Source of the DNA: Squalus acanthias
Lineage: Eukaryota
Assembly (NCBI GenBank): GCA_030390025.1
Contig: CM059449.1
Location: forward strand, 30,690,001 to 30,754,000
Length of the DNA stretch: 64,000 nucleotides
Reading direction: 5' to 3'
Part shown: positions 36,001 to 48,300 of the stretch, piece by piece
How positions within the stretch are numbered: position 1 is the stretch's first letter
Layout of the letters: each line of letters begins with the position of its first letter
Notes under the pieces: generated by a model
What the model saw: the letters and a program-made list of their open reading frames with translations, nothing else
Told to the model about the DNA's origin: nothing
Database searches by the model: none
Program-made: the position numbers and the translations under genes

Positions 36001-38283
36001 CACACCCCTGTATCAATCCCAAACTAATCCCACTGCCCCACTCTCTCCACAGCCCTGTATCAATCCCACACTAATCCCACTGCCCCACTCTCTCCCCATA
36101 GTTCTGTATCAATCCCACACTAATCCCACTGCCCCACTCTCTCCACAGCCCTGTACTAATCCCACTGCCCCACTTTCTCCCCACAGCCCTGTATCAATCC
36201 CACACTAATCCGACTGCCCCACTCTCTCCCCATAGTCCTGTATCAATCCCACACTAATCCCACTGCCCCACTCTCGTCCATAGTCCTGTATCAATCCCAC
36301 ACTAATCCCACTGCCCCACTCTTTCCACAGCCCTGTATCAATCCCAAACTAATCCCACTGCCCCACTCTCTCCCCATAGTCCTGTATCAATCCCACACTA
36401 ATCCCACTGCCCCACTCTCTCCACAGCCCTGTATCAATCCCAAACTAATCCCACTGCCCCACTCTCTCCACAGCCCTGTATCAATCCCAAACTAATCCCA
36501 CTGCCCCACTCTCTCCCCATAGTCCTGTATCAATCCCACACTAATCCCACTGCCCCACTCTCTCCACAGCCCTGTATCAATCCCAAACTAATCCCACTGC
36601 CCCACTCTCTCCACAGCCCTGTATCAATCCCACACTAATCCCACTGCCCCACTCTCTCCCCATAGTCCTGTATCAATCCCACACTAATCCCACTGCCCCA
36701 CTCTCTCCACAGCCCTGTATCAATCCCAAACTAATCCCACTGTCCCTCTCTCTCCCCATAGTCCTGTATCAATCCCACACTAATCCCACTGCCCCAATCT
36801 CTCCATAGTCCAGTATCAATCCCACACTAATCCCACTGCCCCACTTTCTCCCCACAGCCCTGTATCAATCCCACACTAATCCGACTGCTCCACTCTCTCC
36901 CCACAGCCCGGTATCAATCCCAAACTAATCCCACTGCCCCACTCTCTCCACAGCCCTGTATCAATCCCAAACTAATCCCACTGCCTCACTCTCTCCCCAT
37001 AATCCTGTATCAATCCCACACTAATCCCACTGCCCCATTCCCTCCACAGCCCTGTATCAATCCCAAACTAATCCCACTGCCCCACTCTCTCCACAGCCCT
37101 GTATCAATCCCACACTAATCCCACTGCCCCACTCTCTCCCCATAGTCCTGTATCAATCCCACACTAATCCCACTGCCCCACTCTCTCCACAGCCCTGTAT
37201 CAATCCCACACTAATCCCACTGCCCCACTCTCTCCCCATAGTCCTGTATCAATCCCACACTAATCCCACTGCCCCACTCTCGTCCATAGTCCGGTATCAA
37301 TCCCAAACTAATCCCACTGCCCCACTCTCTCCACAGCCCTGTATCAATCCCAAACTAATCCCACTGCCCCACTCTCTCCCCATAGTCCTGTATCAATCCC
37401 ACACTAATCCCACTGCCCCATTCCCTCCACAGCCCTGTATCAATCCCATACTAATCCCACTGCCCCACTCTCTCCACAGCCCTGTATCAATCCCAAACTA
37501 ATCCCACTGTCCCTCTCTCTCCCCATAGTCCTGTATCAATCCCACACTAATCCCACTGCCCCACTCTCTCCACAGCCCTGTATCAATCCCACACTAATCC
37601 CACTGCCCCACTTTCTCCCCACAGCCCTGTATCAATCCCACACTAATCCTACTGCTCCACTCTCTTCCCATAGCCCGGTATCAATCCCAAACTAATCCCA
37701 CTGCCTCACTCTCTCCCCATAGTCCTGTATCAATCCCACACTAATCCCACTGCCCCATTCCCTCCACAGCCCTGTATCAATCACAAACTAATCCCACTGC
37801 CCCACTCTCCCCACAGCCCTGTATCAATCCCACACTAATCCCACTGCCCCACTCTCTCCCCATAGTCCTGTATCAATCCCACACTAATCCCACTGCCCCA
37901 CTCTCGTCCATAGTCCGGTATCAATCCCACACTAATCCCACTGCCCCACTCTTTCCACAGCCCTGTATCAATCCCAAACTAATCCCACTGCCCCACTCTC
38001 TCCCCATAGTCCTGTATCAATCCCACACTAATCCCACTGCCCCACTCTCTCCACAGCCCTGTATCAATCCCAAACTAATCCCACTGCCCCACTCTCTCCC
38101 CACAGCCCTGTATCAATCCCACACTAATCCCACTGCCCCACTCTCTCCACAGCCCTGTATCAATCCCACACTAATCCCACTGCCCCACTTTCTCCCGATG
38201 CGGAGATGCCGGTGTTGGACTGGGGTGGACAAAATTGAGAGGTCGCACAACACCAGGTTATAGTCCAACAGTTTTATTTGAAA

Positions 38284-38321
38284 TCACAAGCTTTCGGAAC
38301 TATCGCTCCTTCCTCAGGTGA
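38284..38321 (-). ncRNA. Mirror copy of the minimal hammerhead ribozyme
   Basis: Exact reverse complement of 38939-38976. Confidence 0.75.
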
Positions 38322-38938
38322 AGTAAATTGGATACAGAATCGTCAGAGCATATATAGATGGAAAAAAAAGCATGTGTACTTTACAATTGCAGACCAATAA
38401 ATTAAATCATCCTGACTATCTGCCGAGGTGTGATAAAGTTAATTAAGTCAGCCAGGAAGGTACCACATCAAAAGACATAGCAAGATACAACTGAGACAAT
38501 GAGGTGAAGTCGCAGGGGTTCTAACGTGTCAAAAGCTGCCGTCTGTATGTAAAACGAAAAGCTTTAAAAAAAAAAATTTACTTTTTTACTGGGAAAATTT
38601 TTACTTTTTTACTGGGAATCACATCTTGTTCACAGATGTGATTCCCAGTAAAAAAGTAAAAATTTTCCCAGTAAAAAAGTAAATTTTTTTTTTTAAAGCT
38701 TTTCGTTTTACATACAGACGGCAGCTTTTGACACGTTAGAACCCCTGCGACTTCACCTCATTGTCTCAGTTGTATCTTGCTATGTCTTTTGATGTGGTAC
38801 CTTCCTGGCTGACTTAATTAACTTTATCACACCTCGGCAGATAGTCAGGATGATTTAATTTATTGGTCTGCAATTGTAAAGTACACATGCTTTTTTTTCC
38901 ATCTATATATGCTCTGACGATTCTGTATCCAATTTACT

Positions 38939-38976
38939 TCACCTGAGGAAGGAGCGATAGTTCCGAAAGCTTGTGA
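38939..38976 (+). ncRNA. Minimal type I hammerhead ribozyme motif
   Basis: TCAC-CTGAGGA-A-GGAGC-GATA-GTTCC-GAAA-GC-TT-GTGA: CUGANGA and GAAA core, stem I TCAC/GTGA, stem II GGAGC/GTTCC, palindromic AAGCTT in place of stem III; predicted cut after 38972. Confidence 0.75.
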
Positions 38977-41900
38977 TTTCAAATAAAACTGTTGGACTAT
39001 AACCTGGTGTTGTGCGACCTCTCAATTTTGTCCACTTTCTCCCCACAGCCCTGTATCAATCCCACACTAATCCTACTGCCCCACTCTCTCCACAGCCCTG
39101 TATCAATCCCAAACTAATCTCACTGCCCCACTCTCTCCCCATAGTCATCTATCAATCCCACACTAATCCCACTGCCCCATTCCCTCCACACCCCTGTATC
39201 AATCCCAAACTAATCCCACTGCCCCACTCTCTCCACAGCCCTGTATCAATCCCACACTAATCCCACTGCCCCACTCTCTCCCCATAGTTCTGTATCAATC
39301 CCACACTAATCCCACTGCCCCACTCTCTCCACAGCCCTGTACTAATCCCACTGCCCCACTTTCTCCCCACAGCCCTGTATCAATCCCACACTAATCCGAC
39401 TGCCCCACTCTCTCCCCATAGTCCTGTATCAATCCCACACTAATCCCACTGCCCCACTCTCGTCCATAGTCCTGTATCAATCCCACACTAATCCCACTGC
39501 CCCACTCTTTCCACAGCCCTGTATCAATCCCAAACTAATCCCACTGCCCCACTCTCTCCCCATAGTCCTGTATCAATCCCACACTAATCCCACTGCCCCA
39601 CTCTCTCCACAGCCCTGTATCAATCCCAAACTAATCCCACTGCCCCACTCTCTCCACAGCCCTGTATCAATCCCAAACTAATCCCACTGCCCCACTCTCT
39701 CCCCATAGTCCTGTATCAATCCCACACTAATCCCACTGCCCCACTCTCTCCACAGCCCTGTATCAATCCCAAACTAATCCCACTGCCCCACTCTCTCCAC
39801 TGCCCTGTATCAATCCCAAACTAATCCCACTGCCCCACTCTCTCCACAGCCCTGTATCAATCCCACACTAATCCCATTGCCCCACTCTCTCCCCATAGTC
39901 CTGTATCAATCCCACACTAATCCCACTGCCCCACTCTCGTCCATAGTCCTGTATCAATCCCACACTAATCCCACTGCCCCATTCTCGTCCATAGTCCGGT
40001 ATCAATCCCAAACTAATCCCACTGCCCCACTCTCTCCACAGCCCTGTATCAATCCCAAACTAATCCCACTGCCCCACTCTCTCCACAGCCCTGTATCAAT
40101 CCCACACTAATCCCATTGCCCCACTCTCTCCCCATAGTCCTGTATCAATCCCACACTAATCCCACTGCCCCACTCTCGTCCATAGTCCTGTATCAATCCC
40201 ACACTAATCCCACTGCCCCACTCTTTCCACAGCCCTGTATCAATCCCAAACTAATCCCACTGCCCCACTCTCTCCCCATAGTCCTGTATCAATCCCACAC
40301 TAATCCCACTGCCCCACTCTCTCCACAGCCCTGTTTCAATCCCAAACTAATCCCACTGCCCCACTCTCTCCCCATAGCCCTGTATCAATCCCACACTAAT
40401 CCCACTGCCCCACTCTCTCCACAGCCCTGTATCAATCCCAAACTAATCTCACTGCCCCACTCTCTCCACAGCCCTGTATCAATCCCAAACTAATCTCACT
40501 GCCCCACTCTCTCCCCATAGTCCTGTGCTAATCCCACTCCCTCCACAGTCCTGTATCAATCCCACACTAATCCCACTGCCCCACTCTCTCCCCATAGTCC
40601 TGTATCAATCCCACACTAATCCCACTGCCCCACTCTCTCCCCATAGTCCTGTATCAATCACAAACTAATCCCACTGCCCCACTCTCTCCACAGCCCTGTA
40701 TCAATCCCAAACTAATCCCACTGCCCCACTCTCTCCACATAGCCCTGCATTAATCCCACACTAATCCCACTGCCCCACTCTCTCCACAGCCCTGTATCAA
40801 TCCCAAACTAATCTCACTGCCCCACTCTCTCCACAGCCTTGTATCAATCCCAAACTAATCTCACTGCCCCACTCTCTCCCCATAGTCCTGTGCTAATCCC
40901 ACTCCCTCCACAGCCCTGTATCAATCCCACACTAATCGCACTGCCCCACTCTCTCCCCATAGTCCTGTATCAATCCCACACTAATCCCACTGCCCCACTC
41001 TCTCCCCATAGTCCTGTATCAATCACAAACTAATCCCACTGCCCCACTCTCTCCACAGCCCTGTATCAATCCCAAACTAATCCCACTGCCCCACTCTCTC
41101 CCCATAGTTCTGTATCAATCCCACACTAATCCCACTGCCCCACTCTCGTCCATAGTCCGGTATCAATCCCAAACTAATCCCACTGCCCCACTCTCTCCAC
41201 TGCCCTGTATCAATCCCAAACTAATCCCACTGCCCCACTCTCTCCACAGCCCTGTATCAATCCCACACTAATCCCATTGCCCCACTCTCTCCCCATAGTC
41301 CTGTATCAATCCCACACTAATCCCACTGCCCCACTCTCGTCCATAGTCCTGTATCAATCCCACACGAATCCCACTGCCCCACTCTTTCCACAGCGCTGTA
41401 TCAATCCCAAACTAATCCCACTGCCCCACTCTCTCCCCATAGTCCTGTATCAATCCCACACTAATCCCACTGCCCCACTCTCTCCACAGCCCTGTTTCAA
41501 TCCCAAACTAATCCCACTGCCCCACTCTCTCCCCATAGCCCTGTATCAATCCCACACTAATCCCACTGCCCCACTCTCTCCACAGCCCTGTATCAATCCC
41601 ACACTAATCCCACTGCCCCACTCTCTCCCCACAGCCCTGTATCAATTCCACACTAATTCTACTGCCCCACTCTCTCCACAGCCCTGTATCAATCCCAAAC
41701 TAATCTCACTGCCCCACTCTCTCCCCATAGTCCTCTATCAATCCCACACTAATCCCAGTGCCCCATTCCCTCCACACCCCTGTATCAATCCCAAACTAAT
41801 CCCACTGCCCCACTCTCTCCACAGCCCTGTATCAATCCCACACTAATCCCACTGCCCCACTCTCTCCCCATAGTCCTGTATCAATCCCAAACTAATCCCA

Positions 41901-42115
41901 CTGCCCCACTCTCTCCCCATAGTCCTGTATCAATCCCACACTAATCCCACTGCCCCACTCTCTCCACAGCCCTGTATCAATCCCAAACTAAACCCACTGC
42001 CCCACTCTCTCCCCATAGTCCTGTATCAATCCCACACTAATCCCACTGCCCCACTCTCTCCACAGCCCTGTATCAATCCCAAACTAAAATGATATTGATC
42101 TTGGGCAACACGGTG

Positions 42116-42315
42116 NNNNNNNNNNNNNNNNNNNNNNNNNNNNNNNNNNNNNNNNNNNNNNNNNNNNNNNNNNNNNNNNNNNNNNNNNNNNNNNNNNNNN
42201 NNNNNNNNNNNNNNNNNNNNNNNNNNNNNNNNNNNNNNNNNNNNNNNNNNNNNNNNNNNNNNNNNNNNNNNNNNNNNNNNNNNNNNNNNNNNNNNNNNNN
42301 NNNNNNNNNNNNNNN
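42116..42315. other. Assembly gap (200 N)
   Basis: Run of exactly 200 N, i.e. a fixed-size scaffold join of unknown true length. Confidence 0.99.
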
Positions 42316-45300
42316 CACAGGGAGAGAGTAACAGGGACACAGGGAGAGAGTAACAGAGACACAGGGAGAGAGTAACAGAGGCACAGGGAGAGAGTAACAG
42401 GGACACAGGGAGAGAGTAACAGAGACACAGGGAGAGAGTAACAGAGACACAGGGAGAGAGTAACAGAGACACAGGGAGAGAGTAACAGGGACACAGGGAG
42501 AGTAACAGGGACACAGGGAGAGAGTAACAGAGACACAGGGAGAGAGTAACAGGGACACAGGGAGAGTAACAGAGACACAGGGAGAGAGTAACAGGGACAC
42601 AGGGAGAGAGTAACAGAGACACAGGGAGAGAGTAACAGAGACACAGGGAGAGAGTAACAGGGACACAGGGAGAGAGTAACAGAGACACAGGGAGAGAGTA
42701 ACAGAGACACAGGGAGAGAGTAACAGGGACACAGGGAGAGAGTAACAGAGACACAGGGAGAGAGTAACAGAGACACAGGGAGAGAGTAACAGGACACAGG
42801 GAGAGAGTAACAGAGACACAGGGAGAGAGTAACAGAGACACAGGGAGAGAGTAACAGAGACACAGGGAGAGAGTAACAGAGACACAGGGAGAGAGTAACA
42901 GGGACACAGGGAGAGTAACAGAGACACAGGGAGAGAGTAACAGGGACACAGGGAGAGAGTAACAGAGACACAGGGAGAGAGTAACAGGGACACGGAGAGA
43001 GTAACAGAGACACAGGGAGAGAGTAACAGAGACACAGGAGAGAGTAACAGAGACACAGGGAGAGAGTAACAGAGGCACAGGGAGAGAGTAACAGGACACA
43101 GGGAGAGAGTAACAGGACACAGGGAGAGAGTAACAGAGACACAGGGAGAGAGTAACAGAGACACAGGGAGAGAGTAACAGGGACACAGGGAGAGAGTAAC
43201 AGGACACAGGGAGAGAGTAACAGGGACACAGGGAGAGAGTAACAGAGACACAGGGAGAGAGTAACAGGACACAGGGAGAGAGTAACAGGGACACAGGGAG
43301 AGAGTAACAGGGACACAGGGAGAGAGTAACAGAGACACAGGGAGAGAGTAACAGAGACACAGGGAGAGAGTAACAGAGACACAGGGAGAGAGTAACAGGA
43401 CACAGGGAGAGAGTAACAGGGACACAGGGAGAGAGTAACAGGGACACAGGGAGAGAGTAACAGGGACACAGGGAGAGAGTAACAGGGACACAGGGAGAGA
43501 GTAACAGACACAGGGAGAGAGTAACAGGGACACAGGGAGAGAGTAACAGAGACACAGGGAGAGAGTAACAGGGACACAGGGAGAGAGTAACAGAGACACA
43601 GGGAGAGAGTAACAGAGACACAGGGAGAGAGTAACAGAGACACAGGGAGAGAGTAACAGAGACACAGGGAGAGAGTAACAGGGACACAGGGAGAGTAACA
43701 GAGACACAGGGAGAGAGTAACAGAGACACAGGGAGAGAGTAACAGAGACACAGGGAGAGAGTAACAGAGACACAGGGAGAGAGTAACAGAGACACAGGGA
43801 GAGAGTAACAGAGGCACAGGGAGAGAGTAACAGAGGCACAGGGAGAGAGTAACAGGGACACAGGGAGAGAGTAACAGAGACACAGGGAGAGAGTAACAGA
43901 GACACAGGGAGAGTAACAGAGGCACAGGGAGAGAGTAACAGAGACACAGGAGAGAGTAACAGGGACACAGGGAGAGTAACAGAGACACAGGGAGAGAGTA
44001 ACAGAGACACAGGGAGAGAGTAACAGAGACACAGGGAGAGAGTAACAGGGACACAGGGAGAGTAACAGAGACACAGGGAGAGAGTAACAGAGACACAGGG
44101 AGAGAGTAACAGAGACACAGGGAGAGTAACAGGGACACAGGGAGAGAGTAACAGAGACACAGGGAGAGTAACAGGGACACAGGGAGAGAGTAACAGGGAC
44201 ACAGGGAGAGAGTAACAGAGACACAGGGAGAGAGTAACAGAGACACAGGGAGAGAGTAACAGGGACACAGGGAGAGAGTAACAGGGACACAGGAGAGAGT
44301 AACAGGGACACAGGGAGAGAGTAACAGAGACACAGGGAGAGAGTAACAGAGACACAGGGAGAGAGTAACAGGGACACAGGGAGAGAGTAACAGGGACACA
44401 GGGAGAGAGTAACAGAGACACAGGGAGAGAGTAACAGGACACAGGGAGAGAGTAACAGAGACACAGGGAGAGAGTAACAGAGACACAGGGAGAGAGTAAC
44501 AGAGGCACAGGGAGAGAGTAACAGAGACACAGGGAGAGAGTAACAGGGACACAGGGAGAGTAACAGAGACACAGGGAGAGAGTAACAGAGACACAGGGAG
44601 AGAGTAACAGAGACACAGGGAGAGAGTAACAGGGACACAGGGAGAGTAACAGAGACACAGGGAGAGAGTAACAGAGACACAGGGAGAGAGTAACAGAGAC
44701 ACAGGGAGAGTAACAGGGACACAGGGAGAGAGTAACAGAGACACAGGGAGAGAGTAACAGGGACACAGGAGAGAGTAACAGAGACACAGGGAGAGAGTAA
44801 CAGAGACACAGGAGAGAGTAACAGAGACACAGGGAGAGAGTAACAGAGCACAGGGAGAGAGTAACAGGGACACAGGGAGAGAGTAACAGGGACACAGGGA
44901 GAGAGTAACAGAGACACAGGGAGAGAGTAACAGAGACACAGGGAGAGAGTAACAGGGACACAGGGAGAGAGTAACAGGGACACAGGGAGAGAGTAACAGG
45001 GACACAGGGAGAGAGTAACAGAGACACAGGGAGAGAGTAACAGGGACACAGGGAGAGAGTAACAGAGACACAGGGAGAGAGTAACAGAGACACAGGGAGA
45101 GAGTAACAGAGACACAGGGAGAGAGTAACAGGACACAGGGAGAGTAACAGAGACACAGGGAGAGAGTAACAGAGACACAGGGAGAGAGTAACAGAGACAC
45201 AGGGAGAGAGTAACAGAGACACAGGGAGAGAGTAACAGAGACACAGGGAGAGAGTAACAGAGACACAGGGAGAGAGTAACAGGGACACAGGGAGAGTAAC

Positions 45301-48300
45301 AGAGACACAGGGAGAGAGTAACAGAGACACAGGGAGAGAGTAACAGAGACACAGGGAGAGAGTAACAGAGACACAGGAGAGAGTAACAGGGACACAGGGA
45401 GAGAGTAACAGAGACACAGGGAGAGTAACAGGGACACAGGAGAGAGTAACAGAGACACAGGGAGAGTAACAGGACACAGGGAGAGAGTAACAGGGACACA
45501 GGAGAGAGTAACAGAGACACAGGGAGAGAGTAACAGAGACACAGGGAGAGAGTAACAGGGACACAGGAGAGAGTAACAGGGACACAGGGAGAGAGTAACA
45601 GGGACACAGGGAGAGAGTAACAGAGACACAGGGAGAGAGTAACAGAGACACAGGGAGAGAGTAACAGGGACACAGGGAGAGAGTAACAGGGACACAGGGA
45701 GAGAGTAACAGAGACACAGGGAGAGAGTAACAGGGACACAGGGAGAGAGTAACAGAGACACAGGGAGAGAGTAACAGAGACACAGGGAGAGAGTAACAGA
45801 GGCACAGGGAGAGAGTAACAGAGACACAGGGAGAGAGTAACAGGGACACAGGGAGAGTAACAGAGACACAGGGAGAGAGTAACAGAGACACAGGGAGAGA
45901 GTAACAGAGACACAGGGAGAGAGTAACAGGGACACAGGGAGAGTAACAGAGACACAGGGAGAGAGTAACAGAGACACAGGGAGAGAGTAACAGAGACACA
46001 GGGAGAGTAACAGGACACAGGGAGAGAGTAACAGGACACAGGGAGAGAGTAACAGGGACACAGGAGAGAGTAACAGAGACACAGGGAGAGAGTAACAGAG
46101 ACACAGGAGAGAGTAACAGAGACACAGGGAGAGAGTAACAGAGCACAGGAGAGAGTAACAGGGACACAGGGAGAGAGTAACAGGGACACAGGGAGAGAGT
46201 AACAGAGACACAGGGAGAGAGTAACAGAGACACAGGGAGAGAGTAACAGGGACACAGGGAGAGAGTAACAGGGACACAGGGAGAGAGTAACAGGACACAG
46301 GGAGAGAGTAACAGAGACACAGGGAGAGAGTAACAGGACACAGGGAGAGAGTAACAGAGACACAGGGAGAGAGTAACAGAGACACAGGAGAGAGTAACAG
46401 AGACACAGGGAGAGAGTAACAGGACACAGGGAGAGTAACAGAGACACAGGGAGAGAGTAACAGAGACACAGGGAGAGAGTAACAGAGACACAGGGAGAGA
46501 GTAACAGAGACACAGGGAGAGAGTAACAGAGACACAGGGAGAGAGTAACAGAGACACAGGGAGAGAGTAACAGGGACACAGGGAGAGTAACAGAGACACA
46601 GGGAGAGAGTAACAGAGACACAGGGAGAGAGTAACAGAGACACAGGGAGAGAGTAACAGAGACACAGGGAGAGAGTAACAGGACACAGGGAGAGAGTAAC
46701 AGAGACACAGGGAGAGAGTAACAGAGACACAGGGAGAGAGTAACAGGGACACAGGGAGAGTAACAGAGACACAGGGAGAGAGTAACAGGGACACAGGGAG
46801 AGAGTAACAGAGACACAGGGAGAGTAACAGGGACACAGGGAGAGAGTAACAGGGACACAGGGAGAGAGTAACAGAGACACAGGGAGAGAGTAACAGAGAC
46901 ACAGGGAGAGAGTAACAGGGACACAGGGAGAGAGTAACAGGGACACAGGGAGAGAGTAACAGGGACACAGGGAGAGAGTAACAGAGACACAGGGAGAGAG
47001 TAACAGAGACACAGGGAGAGAGTAACAGGGACACAGGGAGAGAGTAACAGGGACACAGGGAGAGAGTAACAGAGACACAGGGAGAGAGTAACAGGACACA
47101 GGGAGAGAGTAACAGAGACACAGGGAGAGAGTAACAGAGACACAGGGAGAGAGTAACAGAGACACAGGGAGAGAGTAACAGAGACACAGGGAGAGAGTAA
47201 CAGGGACACAGGGAGAGTAACAGAGACACAGGGAGAGAGTAACAGAGACACAGGGAGAGAGTAACAGAGACACAGGGAGAGAGTAACAGGGACACAGGGA
47301 GAGTAACAGAGACACAGGGAGAGAGTAACAGAGACACAGGGAGAGAGTAACAGGGACACAGGGAGAGAGTAACAGAGACACAGGGAGAGAGTAACAGAGA
47401 CACAGGGAGAGAGTAACAGGGACACAGGGAGAGAGTAACAGGGACACAGGGAGAGAGTAACAGGGACACAGGGAGAGAGTAACAGAGACACAGGGAGAGA
47501 GTAACAGGGACACAGGGAGAGAGTAACAGAGACACAGGGAGAGAGTAACAGAGACACAGGGAGAGAGTAACAGAGACACAGGGAGAGAGTAACAGGGACA
47601 CAGGGAGAGTAACAGAGACACAGGGAGAGAGTAACAGAGACACAGGGAGAGAGTAACAGAGACACAGGGAGAGAGTAACAGAGACACAGGGAGAGAGTAA
47701 CAGAGACACAGGGAGAGAGTAACAGAGACACAGGGAGAGAGTAACAGGGACACAGGGAGAGTAACAGAGACACAGGGAGAGAGTAACAGAGACACAGGGA
47801 GAGAGTAACAGAGACACAGGGAGAGAGTAACAGGGACACAGGGAGAGAGTAACAGGGACACAGGGAGAGAGTAACAGAGACACAGGAGAGAGTAACAGGG
47901 ACACAGGGAGAGAGTAACAGAGGACACAGGAGAGAGTAACAGGGTCACAGGGAGAGAGTAACAGGGACACAGGGAGAGAGTAACAGAGACACAGGGAGAG
48001 AGTAACAGGACAAAAGGGAGAGAGTAACAGAGACACAGGGAGAGAGTAACAGGGACACAGGGGAGAGAGTAACAAGGGACACAGGGAGAGAGTAACCAGG
48101 ACACAGGGAGAGAGAACAGGGACACAGGGAGAGAGTAACAGGGACACAGGGAGAGAGTAACAGGACACAGGGAGAGAGTAACAGAGACACAGGGAGAGAG
48201 TAACAGGGACACAGGAGAGAGTAACAGAGACACAGGGAGAGAGTAACAGGGACACAGGGAGAGAGTACGAGACACACGGAGAGAGTAACAGCAGACACAG

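Larger units (their letters stand above)
38197..39035. mobile_element. Palindromic Penelope-like (pseudo-LTR) insertion
   Basis: Arms 38225-38626 and 38634-39035 are reverse complements around the 7 nt loop TGTTCAC; unpaired tail 38197-38224; CCACTTTCTCCC at 38185-38196 and 39032-39043. Confidence 0.85.
33397..42087 (+). repeat. 47/49 bp C-rich minisatellite with a ~2.34 kb higher-order duplication
   Basis: Unit CCTGTATCAATCCCACACTAATCCCACTGCCCCACTCTCT(CCACAGC or CCCCATAGT); diagnostic variants recur at 34401/36741 and 35841/38181. Confidence 0.97.

Noticed and set aside
33397-42087. CRISPR-like appearance of the regular repeats
   Set aside because: No unique spacers, no cas genes, vertebrate context.
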